Positions 17,136 to 26,176 of a stretch of DNA of 56,618 nucleotides are shown one piece after another (the first letter of the stretch is position 1; each line of letters opens with the position of its first letter). A model generated the notes under the pieces. It was not told where the DNA came from, made no database searches, and saw only the letters and a program-made list of their open reading frames with translations. Both the position numbers and the translations under genes were made by a program. The stretch is from Armatimonadota bacterium (GTDB taxonomy: Bacteria > Armatimonadota > UBA10988), in the NCBI GenBank assembly GCA_016235455.1, contig JACRKZ010000055.1:1-56618 (forward strand), read 5' to 3'.

Positions 17136-18314
17136 ATGGCCAACAACAACATGAGTAGCAACGCGGTTCTGGTGCTGGAAGATGGCACGGTGTTCCGGGG
17201 CCATAGCTTTGGGGCACGAGGCGAGCGGGTCGCCGAGGTCTGCTTCAACACCTCGATGACGGGCTATCAGGAGATCATCACCGATCCCTCCTATCACGGG
17301 CAGATGGTCACCATGACCTACCCGATGATCGGCAACTACGGGGTCAACACTCCCGATCGCGAGAGCCTCCGGCCGCGCGTGGGCGGCTTCATCGTCAAGG
17401 AAGTGGCTCCGCTGCACAGCAACCACCGCGCCGAGATGAGCCTGCCCGACTACCTGGTTGAGGCCGGCGTCGTGGCCATCCAGGGCATCGACACCCGTGA
17501 GTTGACGCGACGCCTGCGCGTCGACGGCGCCATGATGGGCATCCTTTCCAGTGAGGACGACGATGCCGACAGCCTGCTGGCCAAGCTCCATGCCGCACCG
17601 GCCTACGTCGGCGTCGACATGGTCCGCCACGTGACCACCGAGCAGCCTTACGCCTGGACCGGCGACGACCATCGCCCGCAGGCGCCGGTCGGCGACGATG
17701 GTCAGCTCTCGCTGTTCGAGGGCGTGCCGGCCGAGGGCCAGGCCCGCTATCATGTGGTCTGTCTCGATTGCGGCCTGAAGTTCAACAGCCTGCGCGAGCT
17801 GGCGGCGCGCGACTGCCGCGTGACGGTCGTGCCGGCAAGCACCAGCGCCGAGCAGATCCTCGCCCTGCGGCCCGACGGCGTGTACCTGAGCAATGGTCCC
17901 GGCGACCCCGAGCCGCTGACCTACATTCATGAAACCGTGCGCGGGCTGATGGCCGCCGAGCTGCCGTTGTTCGGCATCTGCCTCGGCCACCAGATGCTGA
18001 CCTTCGCCGCCGGCGGACGCACCTTCAAGCTCAAGTTTGGGCATCGCGGAGGAAACCAGCCGGTGATGGACAACGAGACCGGCAAGGTCGAGATCACCTC
18101 GCAGAACCACGGGTTCGCGGTGGATCCCGACTCGCTGGCGGGGTCCGGCATGGTCATCACCCACCTGAACCTCAACGACGGTACCGTCGAAGGCATGCGC
18201 CACGAGCGCCTGCCGGTGTTCAGTGTCCAGTACCATCCCGAGGCGAGCCCCGGCCCGCACGATGCCAACTACCTGTTCGGCCGGTTCATCGATGCGATGG
18301 CCGCGCGTCGCTGA
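17136..18314 (+). CDS. carA: Carbamoyl-phosphate synthase small subunit
   Basis: FNTSMTGYQEIITDPSY, SNGPGDP, GICLGHQ, FGHRGGN, SQNHGFAV, QYHPEASPGP. Confidence 0.97.
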   Translation: MANNNMSSNAVLVLEDGTVFRGHSFGARGERVAEVCFNTSMTGYQEIITDPSYHGQMVTMTYPMIGNYGVNTPDRESLRPRVGGFIVKEVAPLHSNHRAEMSLPDYLVEAGVVAIQGIDTRELTRRLRVDGAMMGILSSEDDDADSLLAKLHAAPAYVGVDMVRHVTTEQPYAWTGDDHRPQAPVGDDGQLSLFEGVPAEGQARYHVVCLDCGLKFNSLRELAARDCRVTVVPASTSAEQILALRPDGVYLSNGPGDPEPLTYIHETVRGLMAAELPLFGICLGHQMLTFAAGGRTFKLKFGHRGGNQPVMDNETGKVEITSQNHGFAVDPDSLAGSGMVITHLNLNDGTVEGMRHERLPVFSVQYHPEASPGPHDANYLFGRFIDAMAARR

Positions 18315-18383
18315 GGCAGCCGCCCTGAGGCGGTCAGCCCAGCGAGCCCGCGCGGACGTTGCCGGCCGGGAAAGTGCGTAAGC

Positions 18384-19313
18384 ATGGGCGGCTCAGTCTT
18401 GTATGCGGTGCTGCTGGTGCTGGCCGGTCAGGCCATCAGCGCTTTCGTCGTCATGCGCAGCCTGCGTGACCGTGACGACCTGGGCGGCGTGGCGCGCCTC
18501 ATCCCCACCGCGATGGCCTTCCTCCTGCCCATTGTCGGGCCGATCATCGCCGGCCGCCTGGTCGGTGCCGGGCTCCGGCCGGCGCTCGTCTCCACCACCG
18601 GCGTGGCGGTCGCCTTGGGCTTCTATGTCCTGGCCAGCACCAGCGGCGCGCCGCCCGCGCCGGCCGGCGACCCCACGGGCGGCACGGGCATGCCCGGCCA
18701 GCGGGTCGACCAGGCCAAGGCCGAGCCGGCGGCCAAGGCCGAGCCAGCGCCGGCCAAACCGGCCGCCGCGCCCAAGTCATCGCCGGTCGCCGCGCCGGCG
18801 CCGCAGCCGGCGGTCAAGCCGGTGGCTGTCGCGAAGCCGGCAACCAAGCCCCCAACGCCCACCAGGCCGGCCGCCGCCGCCAAGCCCCAGACGCCCGCCG
18901 CGCCGACGACCGAAGGCGGCGAGCAGCCGGCGGACGTGGCGCCGGGCATGGCGGCGCAGCATACCCTGTCGGTGAGCCTCAATACGGCCGCGACATACGA
19001 GACACGGCTGGCCTCCGGCCCTTGTGCTGGCGGATGGCTCAACTTCGCCGCGGCGTTCATGTCGCCGCCGAGCACGGGCACGGGCACGCCAGTGCGCCAT
19101 TTCTACCTGGGCGGCTTCGTGCGGAACTACGATCTGCTCACCGTCGACCGCTTCGCACCGCTGCCCGTGGATGACAGCGACCTGCGCCCGGGCAAGGTGA
19201 TCGCCATGGCCACGCGCCGCGGCGCCTACCGCGCCAATCTGCGCGTCGACAAGGTCACGCGCGACGACAAGGGCGCCGTGCAGACGGTCGACCTGCTGGT
19301 CACCATCAACTAG
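18384..19313 (+). CDS. Hypothetical membrane protein with Pro/Ala-rich linker and C-terminal globular domain
   Basis: Three N-terminal hydrophobic segments, about 100 aa P/A/K-rich linker, beta-rich C-terminus; ends 9 nt before rodA. Confidence 0.7.
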   Translation: MGGSVLYAVLLVLAGQAISAFVVMRSLRDRDDLGGVARLIPTAMAFLLPIVGPIIAGRLVGAGLRPALVSTTGVAVALGFYVLASTSGAPPAPAGDPTGGTGMPGQRVDQAKAEPAAKAEPAPAKPAAAPKSSPVAAPAPQPAVKPVAVAKPATKPPTPTRPAAAAKPQTPAAPTTEGGEQPADVAPGMAAQHTLSVSLNTAATYETRLASGPCAGGWLNFAAAFMSPPSTGTGTPVRHFYLGGFVRNYDLLTVDRFAPLPVDDSDLRPGKVIAMATRRGAYRANLRVDKVTRDDKGAVQTVDLLVTIN

Positions 19314-19322
19314 AAGGCGGTC

Positions 19323-20429
19323 GTGGCTCGTTCCCTGGTCATCTTTGATTGGCGCCGCGTCGACTGGCTGCTGCTTATCTGCGTGCTGCTGTTGGTGGCC
19401 ATGGCGCTGCCCACGGTGTACAGCGCGGGGCTGGTCGGAGACAACACCGCCGCTGCCTGGGCGCTGGTCAAGCGCCAGGCCCTGTGGCTGCTGGTCGGGC
19501 TTGGCGCGCTGGCGCTGGTCAACAGCCTCGACTACCATCACTACGCGCATCTGGCGCGCTGGCTGCTCGGCGCGGCTCTGCTGCTGTTGGTGGCCGTGCT
19601 CATCTTCGGCACCGAGATCAACGGCGCCAAGGCCTGGTTCCGCTTCGGTCCCGTGGCCCTGCAGCCGTCGGAACTGGCCAAGATCGCCACGCTGCTGACG
19701 CTGGCCGACTTCCTCGGCGGCCGCGGGCAGGGCCCGCTGTCGGGCGCCGACATTCTGCACAGCGGCGGCATCCTGGCGCTGCCGATCTGCCTGATCATGC
19801 TCCAGCCCGACCTGGGCACTTCGCTCACCTTCATCGCCATGTGGCTGGCCATGCTGGCCTGGGCCGGCGCCCGCGCACGCCATCTGGCCGCCATCGTGCT
19901 GGCCGGATTGCTGTTGTTCGCGCTCATGTGGCACTTCGGTGTGCTGGCCGACTACCAGAAGAACCGCATCACCGTGCTGTTCAACCCCGGCGTCGACCCG
20001 CGCGGCGTGGGCTACAACATGACCCAGTCGCTCATCGCCGTGGGCTCGGGCGGGCTGACCGGCCAGGGCTGGCTGCAGGGCACGCAGACTCATCTGCGCT
20101 TCCTGCCTGAGGGCCAGACCGACTTCATCTTCGCCGTCTTCTGTGAGGAGTGGGGCCTGCTCGGCGCGGCGGCGCTGCTGGGCTGCTACCTGGGCCTGTT
20201 CTGGCGCATCTGGGGCACGCTGTGCAGCGCCGACAGCGAGTTCGGGCGGCTGCTGGTGACCGGCTGCGGCGCCGTCCTGCTCTTCCACGTGCTGCTCAAT
20301 GTCGGCATGGTGGTCGGGCTGGTTCCCATTACCGGCCTGCCGCTGCCGTTCGTCAGCTACGGCGGCAGCAACCTGCTGACGTCGTTGGTCCTGGTCGGCA
20401 TCGTCATCAATGTCGGCCTGCGCCGCTAG
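19323..20429 (+). CDS. rodA: Rod shape-determining protein RodA (SEDS family)
   Basis: GAKAWF, QPSELAK, QPDLGT, YQKNR, GYNMTQSLIAVGSGG, LPEGQTDFIF, TGLPLPFVSYGGS. Confidence 0.93.
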   Translation: MARSLVIFDWRRVDWLLLICVLLLVAMALPTVYSAGLVGDNTAAAWALVKRQALWLLVGLGALALVNSLDYHHYAHLARWLLGAALLLLVAVLIFGTEINGAKAWFRFGPVALQPSELAKIATLLTLADFLGGRGQGPLSGADILHSGGILALPICLIMLQPDLGTSLTFIAMWLAMLAWAGARARHLAAIVLAGLLLFALMWHFGVLADYQKNRITVLFNPGVDPRGVGYNMTQSLIAVGSGGLTGQGWLQGTQTHLRFLPEGQTDFIFAVFCEEWGLLGAAALLGCYLGLFWRIWGTLCSADSEFGRLLVTGCGAVLLFHVLLNVGMVVGLVPITGLPLPFVSYGGSNLLTSLVLVGIVINVGLRR

Positions 20430-20442
20430 ACTGGAGTCCGCT

Positions 20443-20976
20443 GTGTGGTACTGCGATGTGGCTCCCGGCCATCCGTGGCACGGACCCTATCACGAGTTCG
20501 AGTACGGCTTCCCGCGGACCGAGGACGACGTGCTCTTTGAGCGACTGGCGCTGGAGATCATGCAGGCGGGGCTGACCTGGGAGCTGATCCTCAAACGGCG
20601 CGAGGGCCTGCGGCTGGCCTTCGAGGGTTTCCACACCGAGACCGTGGCCGCCTACGGCGAGGCGGACCGCGCGCGCCTGCTGGCCGATGCGCGCATCATC
20701 CGCAACCGCCTCAAAGTCGACGCACTGATCGAGAACGCGCGTCGCATCCTCGCGTTGCGCGAGGAGTTCGGGTCGTTCCACGGCTGGCTGGCCGCCCACC
20801 ATCCGCTGTCGTTGCCCGAATGGGTCAAGCTGTTCCGCCGCACCTTCCGGTTCTGCGGGCCGGAAGTGGTCAACGAGTTCCTCATGAGCCTGGGCTGGCT
20901 GCCCGGCGCCCACAGCGAGGCGTGCCCGGTGCATGCCCGCATTCTGGCCTTACAGCCCCCCTGGAGCATCACATGA
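20443..20976 (+). CDS. tag: DNA-3-methyladenine glycosylase I
   Basis: YHEFEYG, LFERLALEIMQAGLTW, IIRNRLK, GAHSEAC; GGAG RBS before GTG 20443. Confidence 0.9.
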   Translation: MWYCDVAPGHPWHGPYHEFEYGFPRTEDDVLFERLALEIMQAGLTWELILKRREGLRLAFEGFHTETVAAYGEADRARLLADARIIRNRLKVDALIENARRILALREEFGSFHGWLAAHHPLSLPEWVKLFRRTFRFCGPEVVNEFLMSLGWLPGAHSEACPVHARILALQPPWSIT

Positions 20977-21428
20977 CCGCTGTGCTGGCCCGACTCTACG
21001 ACCATCTGGCCTGGGCCGACGAGCAGGTGCTCGGCGCACTGGACGACAGCCACGAGCAGCCGGCCGAGGCTCGCCGGATGCTGGCCCACCTGGTGGCCGC
21101 CGAGCACATCTGGCTGGCTCGACTGTCGGGCCGGCCGGCCGACATGGCGGTCTGGCCGCAACTCGACGTCGCCGAGTGTCGCCGACTCTCCGCGGCCACG
21201 GTCGTCGGCTACCGTGAACTCGTCGCCCGACTCGACGAAGCACAACTGGCCACGGTGGTGGACTATCAGACCACGCGAGGCGACCCGATGAGCACCGCGC
21301 TGGGCGATATCCTGCTGCATGTGGCGCTCCATGGCGCCTATCACCGCGGGCAGATCGCCGCTCTCTTGCGGGCAGCGGACCAGCCGCCGCCGAGTACGGA
21401 CTTCATCGCCTTCACGCGGCTGGGTTGA
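20973..21428 (+). CDS. DinB/YfiT-like (damage-inducible, putative metal-binding) family protein
   Basis: HLAWAD..AHLVAAEHIW..LLHVALHGAYHRGQI His-triad pattern. Confidence 0.88.
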   Translation: MTAVLARLYDHLAWADEQVLGALDDSHEQPAEARRMLAHLVAAEHIWLARLSGRPADMAVWPQLDVAECRRLSAATVVGYRELVARLDEAQLATVVDYQTTRGDPMSTALGDILLHVALHGAYHRGQIAALLRAADQPPPSTDFIAFTRLG

Positions 21429-21492
21429 CAAGCGCGCCGCGGGGCCGAAAATGAGCTAAGGTGGGTGACCGGCACTCGCTCAAGGAATCTGT

Positions 21493-22332
21493 GTGAACCA
21501 AGGCAGCACGGCAACCATCAGAACCGCCCGGTGGGCGGTCGCAGGGCTCGCGCTCGGGCTTTGCCTGGGTCTCGGGGGCTGCCGGCAGTCGGCGCAACAC
21601 GCCGTCGAGCCCACGCCCGAGCCGATGGCCAGTGCACAACGCCCGGTGGGGCTGTGGCAACAGGTCGCCCAACCGGTGGCCAAGATCCGCGCCGAGACCA
21701 AGCTGGAGATGGCCCGCGGCGTGGACCAATCCAAGTTCATGCGGGGCGACCGGCGCAAGCGCGAGATCTGTCTGACCTTCGACGACGGCCCGCACCCCGG
21801 CAAGACCGAGCGGCTGCTGCAGGTGCTGCGCGACGAGAGCGTGAAGGCCACGTTCTTCGTGGTGGGCGAGATGGCGGAGAAGTACCCGCATCTCGTACGT
21901 GCCGAGTCGCTCGACGGTCACGAGATCGGCAGCCACACCTTCCACCACGTCAACATGACCAAGGTCACGCCGTCAGTGCTGCGGCAGGAGCTCACTCAGA
22001 CCGACCTCGTGCTGCGTCACATCCTGGGCCACGGCGGCGAACTGCTGCGGCCGCCGGGCGGGCAGTACGACTCGCGGACCATCGATATGGCCCGATCCGT
22101 GGGCTACACGACGGTGTTGTGGACCGATGACCCCGGCGACTACGACCCCAAGATCGGCGCCGACCTCATCCTGCAGCGGCTGATCCGCGATGCCTCGCCG
22201 GGCGGCATCATCCTGTTGCACGACGGACCGGAGACGACCATGGCCATCTTGCCGCGCCTGATCCGCTACCTGCGCGCCCAAGGCTACACGTTCGTCACCT
22301 GCGGCCAGCTCATGCGCAACTCCCGACCCTAG
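21493..22332 (+). CDS. Polysaccharide deacetylase (CE4), probable lipoprotein
   Basis: LGGC lipobox; LTFDDGP, HTFHH, RPPGG, ILLHDG NodB motifs. Confidence 0.92.
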   Translation: MNQGSTATIRTARWAVAGLALGLCLGLGGCRQSAQHAVEPTPEPMASAQRPVGLWQQVAQPVAKIRAETKLEMARGVDQSKFMRGDRRKREICLTFDDGPHPGKTERLLQVLRDESVKATFFVVGEMAEKYPHLVRAESLDGHEIGSHTFHHVNMTKVTPSVLRQELTQTDLVLRHILGHGGELLRPPGGQYDSRTIDMARSVGYTTVLWTDDPGDYDPKIGADLILQRLIRDASPGGIILLHDGPETTMAILPRLIRYLRAQGYTFVTCGQLMRNSRP

Positions 22333-23461
22333 ACGAGGTGGAAAGCCTCCTGCCGCCCGTCGACCAGGCGGCAGACGCCACCAGTGAAGACGACGTCCTC
22401 CTCCAGCGGCAGCGTGGCCACCTGGCCGTCCCACTCGTCGAGCGGGTCCGACACACATAGCTCCATGGTGAAGGCCATACCCTCGCCGAGCCGTACGTCG
22501 CCCCGACCGGGCACGCCATGCTGCTGCCACGGCAGGCCGATCAGCGGACCGGGCTCGTGCAGGCAATGGCCCAGCGAGTGGGAGTAGACCTTCGGCCCCG
22601 GCACGCCTTCGGCCGCGGCGCGCGCCAGAATGCGCGCCAGCAGCTCGTCGCCACTTAGCCCGGCGGTGAACTCGGCGCGGTAGATGTCCTGCAGGCGGTG
22701 CGCCTCATCGAGTAGTCGGCGCCAGCCGACGGGCGCGTCGCTCTCGCCCGGGCGCCGCACATAGGCCACCTGCTGATGGTGCGGAAGAACGGCCGGAATG
22801 ACAGGTCGAGACCGAGGTCGACCGCGGTCTGCCAGTAGTGCCACTCCAGATCCTCGGTGGAGGTGACGCCGGGCTTGATGACCTCGGCGCTCAAACAGTG
22901 TGCCAAGATGCCGTGGGCCAGCGCGCCGACGGTCTCAAAGGCGGCGATCTGCGTGCCGGTCAGCGTGGCCAGCCAGTGGGTCACCAGCGGCTCGGCCGAC
23001 ACCAAGCGGCCGGCCAACTCCGCGCCGACGGCGGCACGCAACTGCTCATGGAGGTTGTACGTGAGCCCGCCGGCCGCCCACTGCACGGCGCCGATGTTCA
23101 GGCCGATGCGCCGCGGCTGACGTTCGTCCAGCCATTGGGCCAGCAGCATCCATTGCTCGGCGCTGTCGCGGCCTTGCCAGGGCTGGTCATACACGCCGCC
23201 GGTGTTGGTCATGCCGAAGCTGACGCGTTCCACCCGGCCGCCGTGGTTGAAGAAGGCGAGGATCTGCAGGATTGGGCACCAGGCGTCCGGCGGCATCAGC
23301 GTGCGGAAGACTGGGTCCTCGTTGTCCTCCTGACAGAGCACCAGCCAGCAATCGAGGTCGGCAGCCTGCATGGCGTGCGGCAGCAGGCTATCAAGCCGTT
23401 CGGTAATCGAGTCTCTGAGCCAGGCCATACGCTGGCGAATGGGCAGGACTTCAACGGACAT
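22329..23461 (-). pseudogene. M24 family (Xaa-Pro aminopeptidase-like) gene disrupted by an internal deletion and frameshift at about 22780
   Basis: N-half (CQEDNEDPVF..IKPGVTSTEDLEW..SFRPFFR) and C-half (HQQVAYVRRPGESDAP..YSHSLGHCLHEPGP..MEL..LEED) are in different frames and abut directly. Confidence 0.75.
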
Positions 23462-23565
23462 GAGGGGCCCCTCCAACGCTGGCCATTGTGCCATCGTCGG
23501 CAGAGGCGTGTCCAGCCGGCCAGGGCCCCGCTGGCGATCGGCGCGACCCGCCCGACGCCCGGCGA

Positions 23566-23597
23566 GTCCAGCACATGGACAGGGCCATGTGCTGGAC
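23566..23597 (-). terminator. Hairpin downstream of the collagen-like gene (probable terminator)
   Basis: 13-bp perfect stem GTCCAGCACATGG/CCATGTGCTGGAC with 6-nt loop; no U-tract. Confidence 0.5.
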
Positions 23598-23673
23598 CGT
23601 GTGCACCCTACCGCGCCATGACCGGGTACTGCCAGAGGGCTGTCGGCGGGCTCCTGCTAGATCGATGTCGCAC

Positions 23674-24144
23674 TCACTTGGGCGAGTCGGATGAGCCGCT
23701 CGTGGGCACGTTCGTGGCGTCCTTGCCCGTGGTGCCGGTGAGGCCCGGCTTGCCCGGATCCCCGGTTGGGCCTTCAGGCCCAGGCTTGCCGGGCGCGCCC
23801 TGCGGACCCGGCGCGCCGGCCTCGCCAGTGGGACCGGTCCGGCCGTACTGCGTGGCCGCGCCGCTCATGCCGGTGTCACCGGTGCGCCCCGGAGATCCCG
23901 CGGGACCCGCCGGGCCTGGAACGGGCACGGGCACGTAGGTGGTCGGGCCGACGGGGGTCGGGGCAACCGGGGCCGGGGTCGTGACGATGGTGGTGGTGGC
24001 TGGCGTGCTGCCAAGCCAGTACACGATCCCGATGCCGCCGCCGACGAAGACGAGCAACGCCAGCCCCACGAGGAGCGCCATGTTGATGTTGTCGCCGGAT
24101 CGGTCTCTGATTACATTCACGTCGCGCGGTAGGTAGGTCGGCAT
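23674..24144 (-). CDS. Membrane-anchored collagen-like protein
   Basis: AAGGAGG RBS; one TM helix, T/P-rich stalk, then 7+14 Gly-X-Y triplets. Confidence 0.85.
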   Translation of the reverse strand: MPTYLPRDVNVIRDRSGDNINMALLVGLALLVFVGGGIGIVYWLGSTPATTTIVTTPAPVAPTPVGPTTYVPVPVPGPAGPAGSPGRTGDTGMSGAATQYGRTGPTGEAGAPGPQGAPGKPGPEGPTGDPGKPGLTGTTGKDATNVPTSGSSDSPK

Positions 24145-24247
24145 TGTGGTGCCCTCCTTGTTCATCGTGGCTCGGCCTGACGGTGTCGGCCATTGCGGAT
24201 ACCCACCACTCGTCGGCGCGGAAGGCTGTAGGTGCGGCGGGAATGGA

Positions 24248-24559
24248 TCACCGGCTCGCGCGGGTGGGCGCCGTGGTCGGTAGGTCCAGGTCGGCCGGCG
24301 GGCCATCGGGACCAGGGCGCTCGGGCTCGGCGACTGGGCCGAGGGCCGGATCCTTGTGGGGCGTAGGTGGCGACGGCGGCGGCAAGGTAGCCGGCATGGC
24401 CAACGGGACAAGGGTCTTGGTCTGTGGCGCGTCGGGCCGGGCATAGATGCGGATGGTCGCGCCGATGAGGACTACGACCAGTACGCCGACCATCAGGCTC
24501 AGGTTCCTGGCCTTGTGGCTCAGCGGTGCCGCCGCGGCCTGCATCGTTTCTGTTGGCAT
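24248..24559 (-). CDS. Small single-TM protein with Pro-rich tail
   Basis: GGAGG RBS, hydrophobic helix LSLMVGVLVVVLIGATI, Pro-rich C-terminus. Confidence 0.6.
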   Translation of the reverse strand: MPTETMQAAAAPLSHKARNLSLMVGVLVVVLIGATIRIYARPDAPQTKTLVPLAMPATLPPPSPPTPHKDPALGPVAEPERPGPDGPPADLDLPTTAPTRASR

Positions 24560-24670
24560 GCTCTGGCCTCCGGCCTCATGGTGGCCTTGCCCTTAGCCGG
24601 AGGCCATCCGTGGAACCATCGACCGCCCGCTGGGAAGGCTGTATTGCCGTGACCAACCGGCCCAAACCAC

Positions 24671-24702
24671 GCCGGGGCTGAGTCGCTCGACTCAGCCCCG
24701 GC
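24671..24702 (-). terminator. Probable intrinsic terminator of the octaheme cytochrome gene
   Basis: 14-bp stem GCCGGGGCTGAGTC/GACTCAGCCCCGGC; minus strand continues GTGGTTTGG. Confidence 0.6.
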
Positions 24703-24724
24703 GGCGATCACGACTGTCTGGCGC

Positions 24725-26176
24725 CTACTTGCCGCCCTCGCCGTAGCGCTGGTTGTAGAACTCTTGGATTTTCTGCAGCGCTTCCTTGCTCATGCCGTCC
24801 CGCAGCCAGATGTGGCCGGGATTGGTGTAGACATACTTGTCGAGCAGCGACTTGCTCAGTTCGTCGCCGGCCACCTCCTTCACCTCGGGCAGGAACTCGG
24901 TGTAGAAGGTCTTGGCGACATCGTAGATGCCGTGCCACCAGGCGTAGTCGGGGCCTTGCATGGCCGCGCCATGGCGAGCCCGCCGGCCCTGGTGGTGCCA
25001 CAGCTCGTAGTAGGTCCACTCGAGCTTCTCGTCGAAGTCAGCCTTGCTCAACTTGCCCTGGGCCTTGAGGTCGTCCATGATGGCCTTGGCCGGCTTGGCG
25101 AACTTGTCGTTGTACAGCCCTACGGTGGAGTCGAACTGGGCATAGGCGCCCGAGATGAAGCTGGTCTGGTGGCACTGCACGCAGACGTTCTCCATCTTGC
25201 CGCGGCGCTGCTGCCAGGTCACCACATCGGCCACCTTGCGCTCGGGCGAGGCGCCGAACTTGAACATGTCGCCGACCTTGGGCAGCACCGGCGCATCGCC
25301 GATCACGTCGTCCTTGCTGTTGTCGTCGAACGCCACCAGGTTGAGCTTGGACGAGATCACCGGCCGCAGCGTCCACGACAAGCGGTCGCCGACATCGTGG
25401 GTGACGGGCTGGTTGCCGGCGGCGCTCATGTGGCACGAGGCGCAGGTCGGGCCCGAGAAGTACTCCTTGCCCGCGCGCCACTGCTTGGAGTCGAGCTTCA
25501 TCAACTCGCGGTTGGCGCGGTACATCATGCCGTGCTTGGACTCCTGCCAGACCTCGGTCTGCGGGTGGTCGGGACCGAGATGGCATTTGCCGCACGACTC
25601 CGGCTGACGGGCCTGGCGCACGCTGAACTCATGGCGCCCATGGCAGGCCGAGCAGGAACCCGCGGAGCCGTCGGGGTTGATGCGGCCCATACCCGTGTTC
25701 GGCCAGGTGTCCTTGGTCGGATGCTTGTTGGCATCGAGCTTGACCACCGAGCCATGGCACTGCCGACAGCCGATGTCCGACGCCGGCGGCCCGCCAATCA
25801 CGTCGCCCAGGTAGTTGTCCAGCGAGCCGAGGATCTGCCCCGCCTTGGCGTGGTGCGAGCCCTTCTGCTCATCGAACTCCTTCTGATGGCACTGGCCGCA
25901 GTTCTTGGGCGTGACGATGGTGGCGATGTACGCGCCGTTGTGCGCAAAAGCATCCACATCGGCCTTCTCGCGACCGTGACACGTGGAGCAGGTGACGCCC
26001 TGCTTGAAGTGCTCCGAAGCGCGCCACTGCGCCACTTCGCCGGGATTCAGCTTCTCGTGGCAGGTGACACAGTTCTCCGGCTTGTCCTGCGCTGACGCCC
26101 GCGGCGCGACTGCCACCGCTGCCAGAACCGCCAACAGCGCCGGCAGCCACCACTTCCCTAGCCTCGCTCTGCCCAT
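24725..26176 (-). CDS. Octaheme cytochrome c, hydroxylamine oxidoreductase (HAO) family, reductive/epsilonHao-like type
   Basis: Signal peptide; eight CxxCH motifs (CVTCH, CSTCH, CGQCH, CRQCH, CSACH, CGKCH, CASCH, CVQCH); GRINPDGSAGSC, HxRHEFS, CHLGPDHPQ, GPDYAWWHG. Confidence 0.9.
   Translation of the reverse strand: MGRARLGKWWLPALLAVLAAVAVAPRASAQDKPENCVTCHEKLNPGEVAQWRASEHFKQGVTCSTCHGREKADVDAFAHNGAYIATIVTPKNCGQCHQKEFDEQKGSHHAKAGQILGSLDNYLGDVIGGPPASDIGCRQCHGSVVKLDANKHPTKDTWPNTGMGRINPDGSAGSCSACHGRHEFSVRQARQPESCGKCHLGPDHPQTEVWQESKHGMMYRANRELMKLDSKQWRAGKEYFSGPTCASCHMSAAGNQPVTHDVGDRLSWTLRPVISSKLNLVAFDDNSKDDVIGDAPVLPKVGDMFKFGASPERKVADVVTWQQRRGKMENVCVQCHQTSFISGAYAQFDSTVGLYNDKFAKPAKAIMDDLKAQGKLSKADFDEKLEWTYYELWHHQGRRARHGAAMQGPDYAWWHGIYDVAKTFYTEFLPEVKEVAGDELSKSLLDKYVYTNPGHIWLRDGMSKEALQKIQEFYNQRYGEGGK

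Noticed and set aside
22655-22844. Programmed ribosomal frameshift in the M24 gene
   Set aside because: No slippery heptamer at the junction, and conserved sequence is missing, so recoding would not yield a full enzyme
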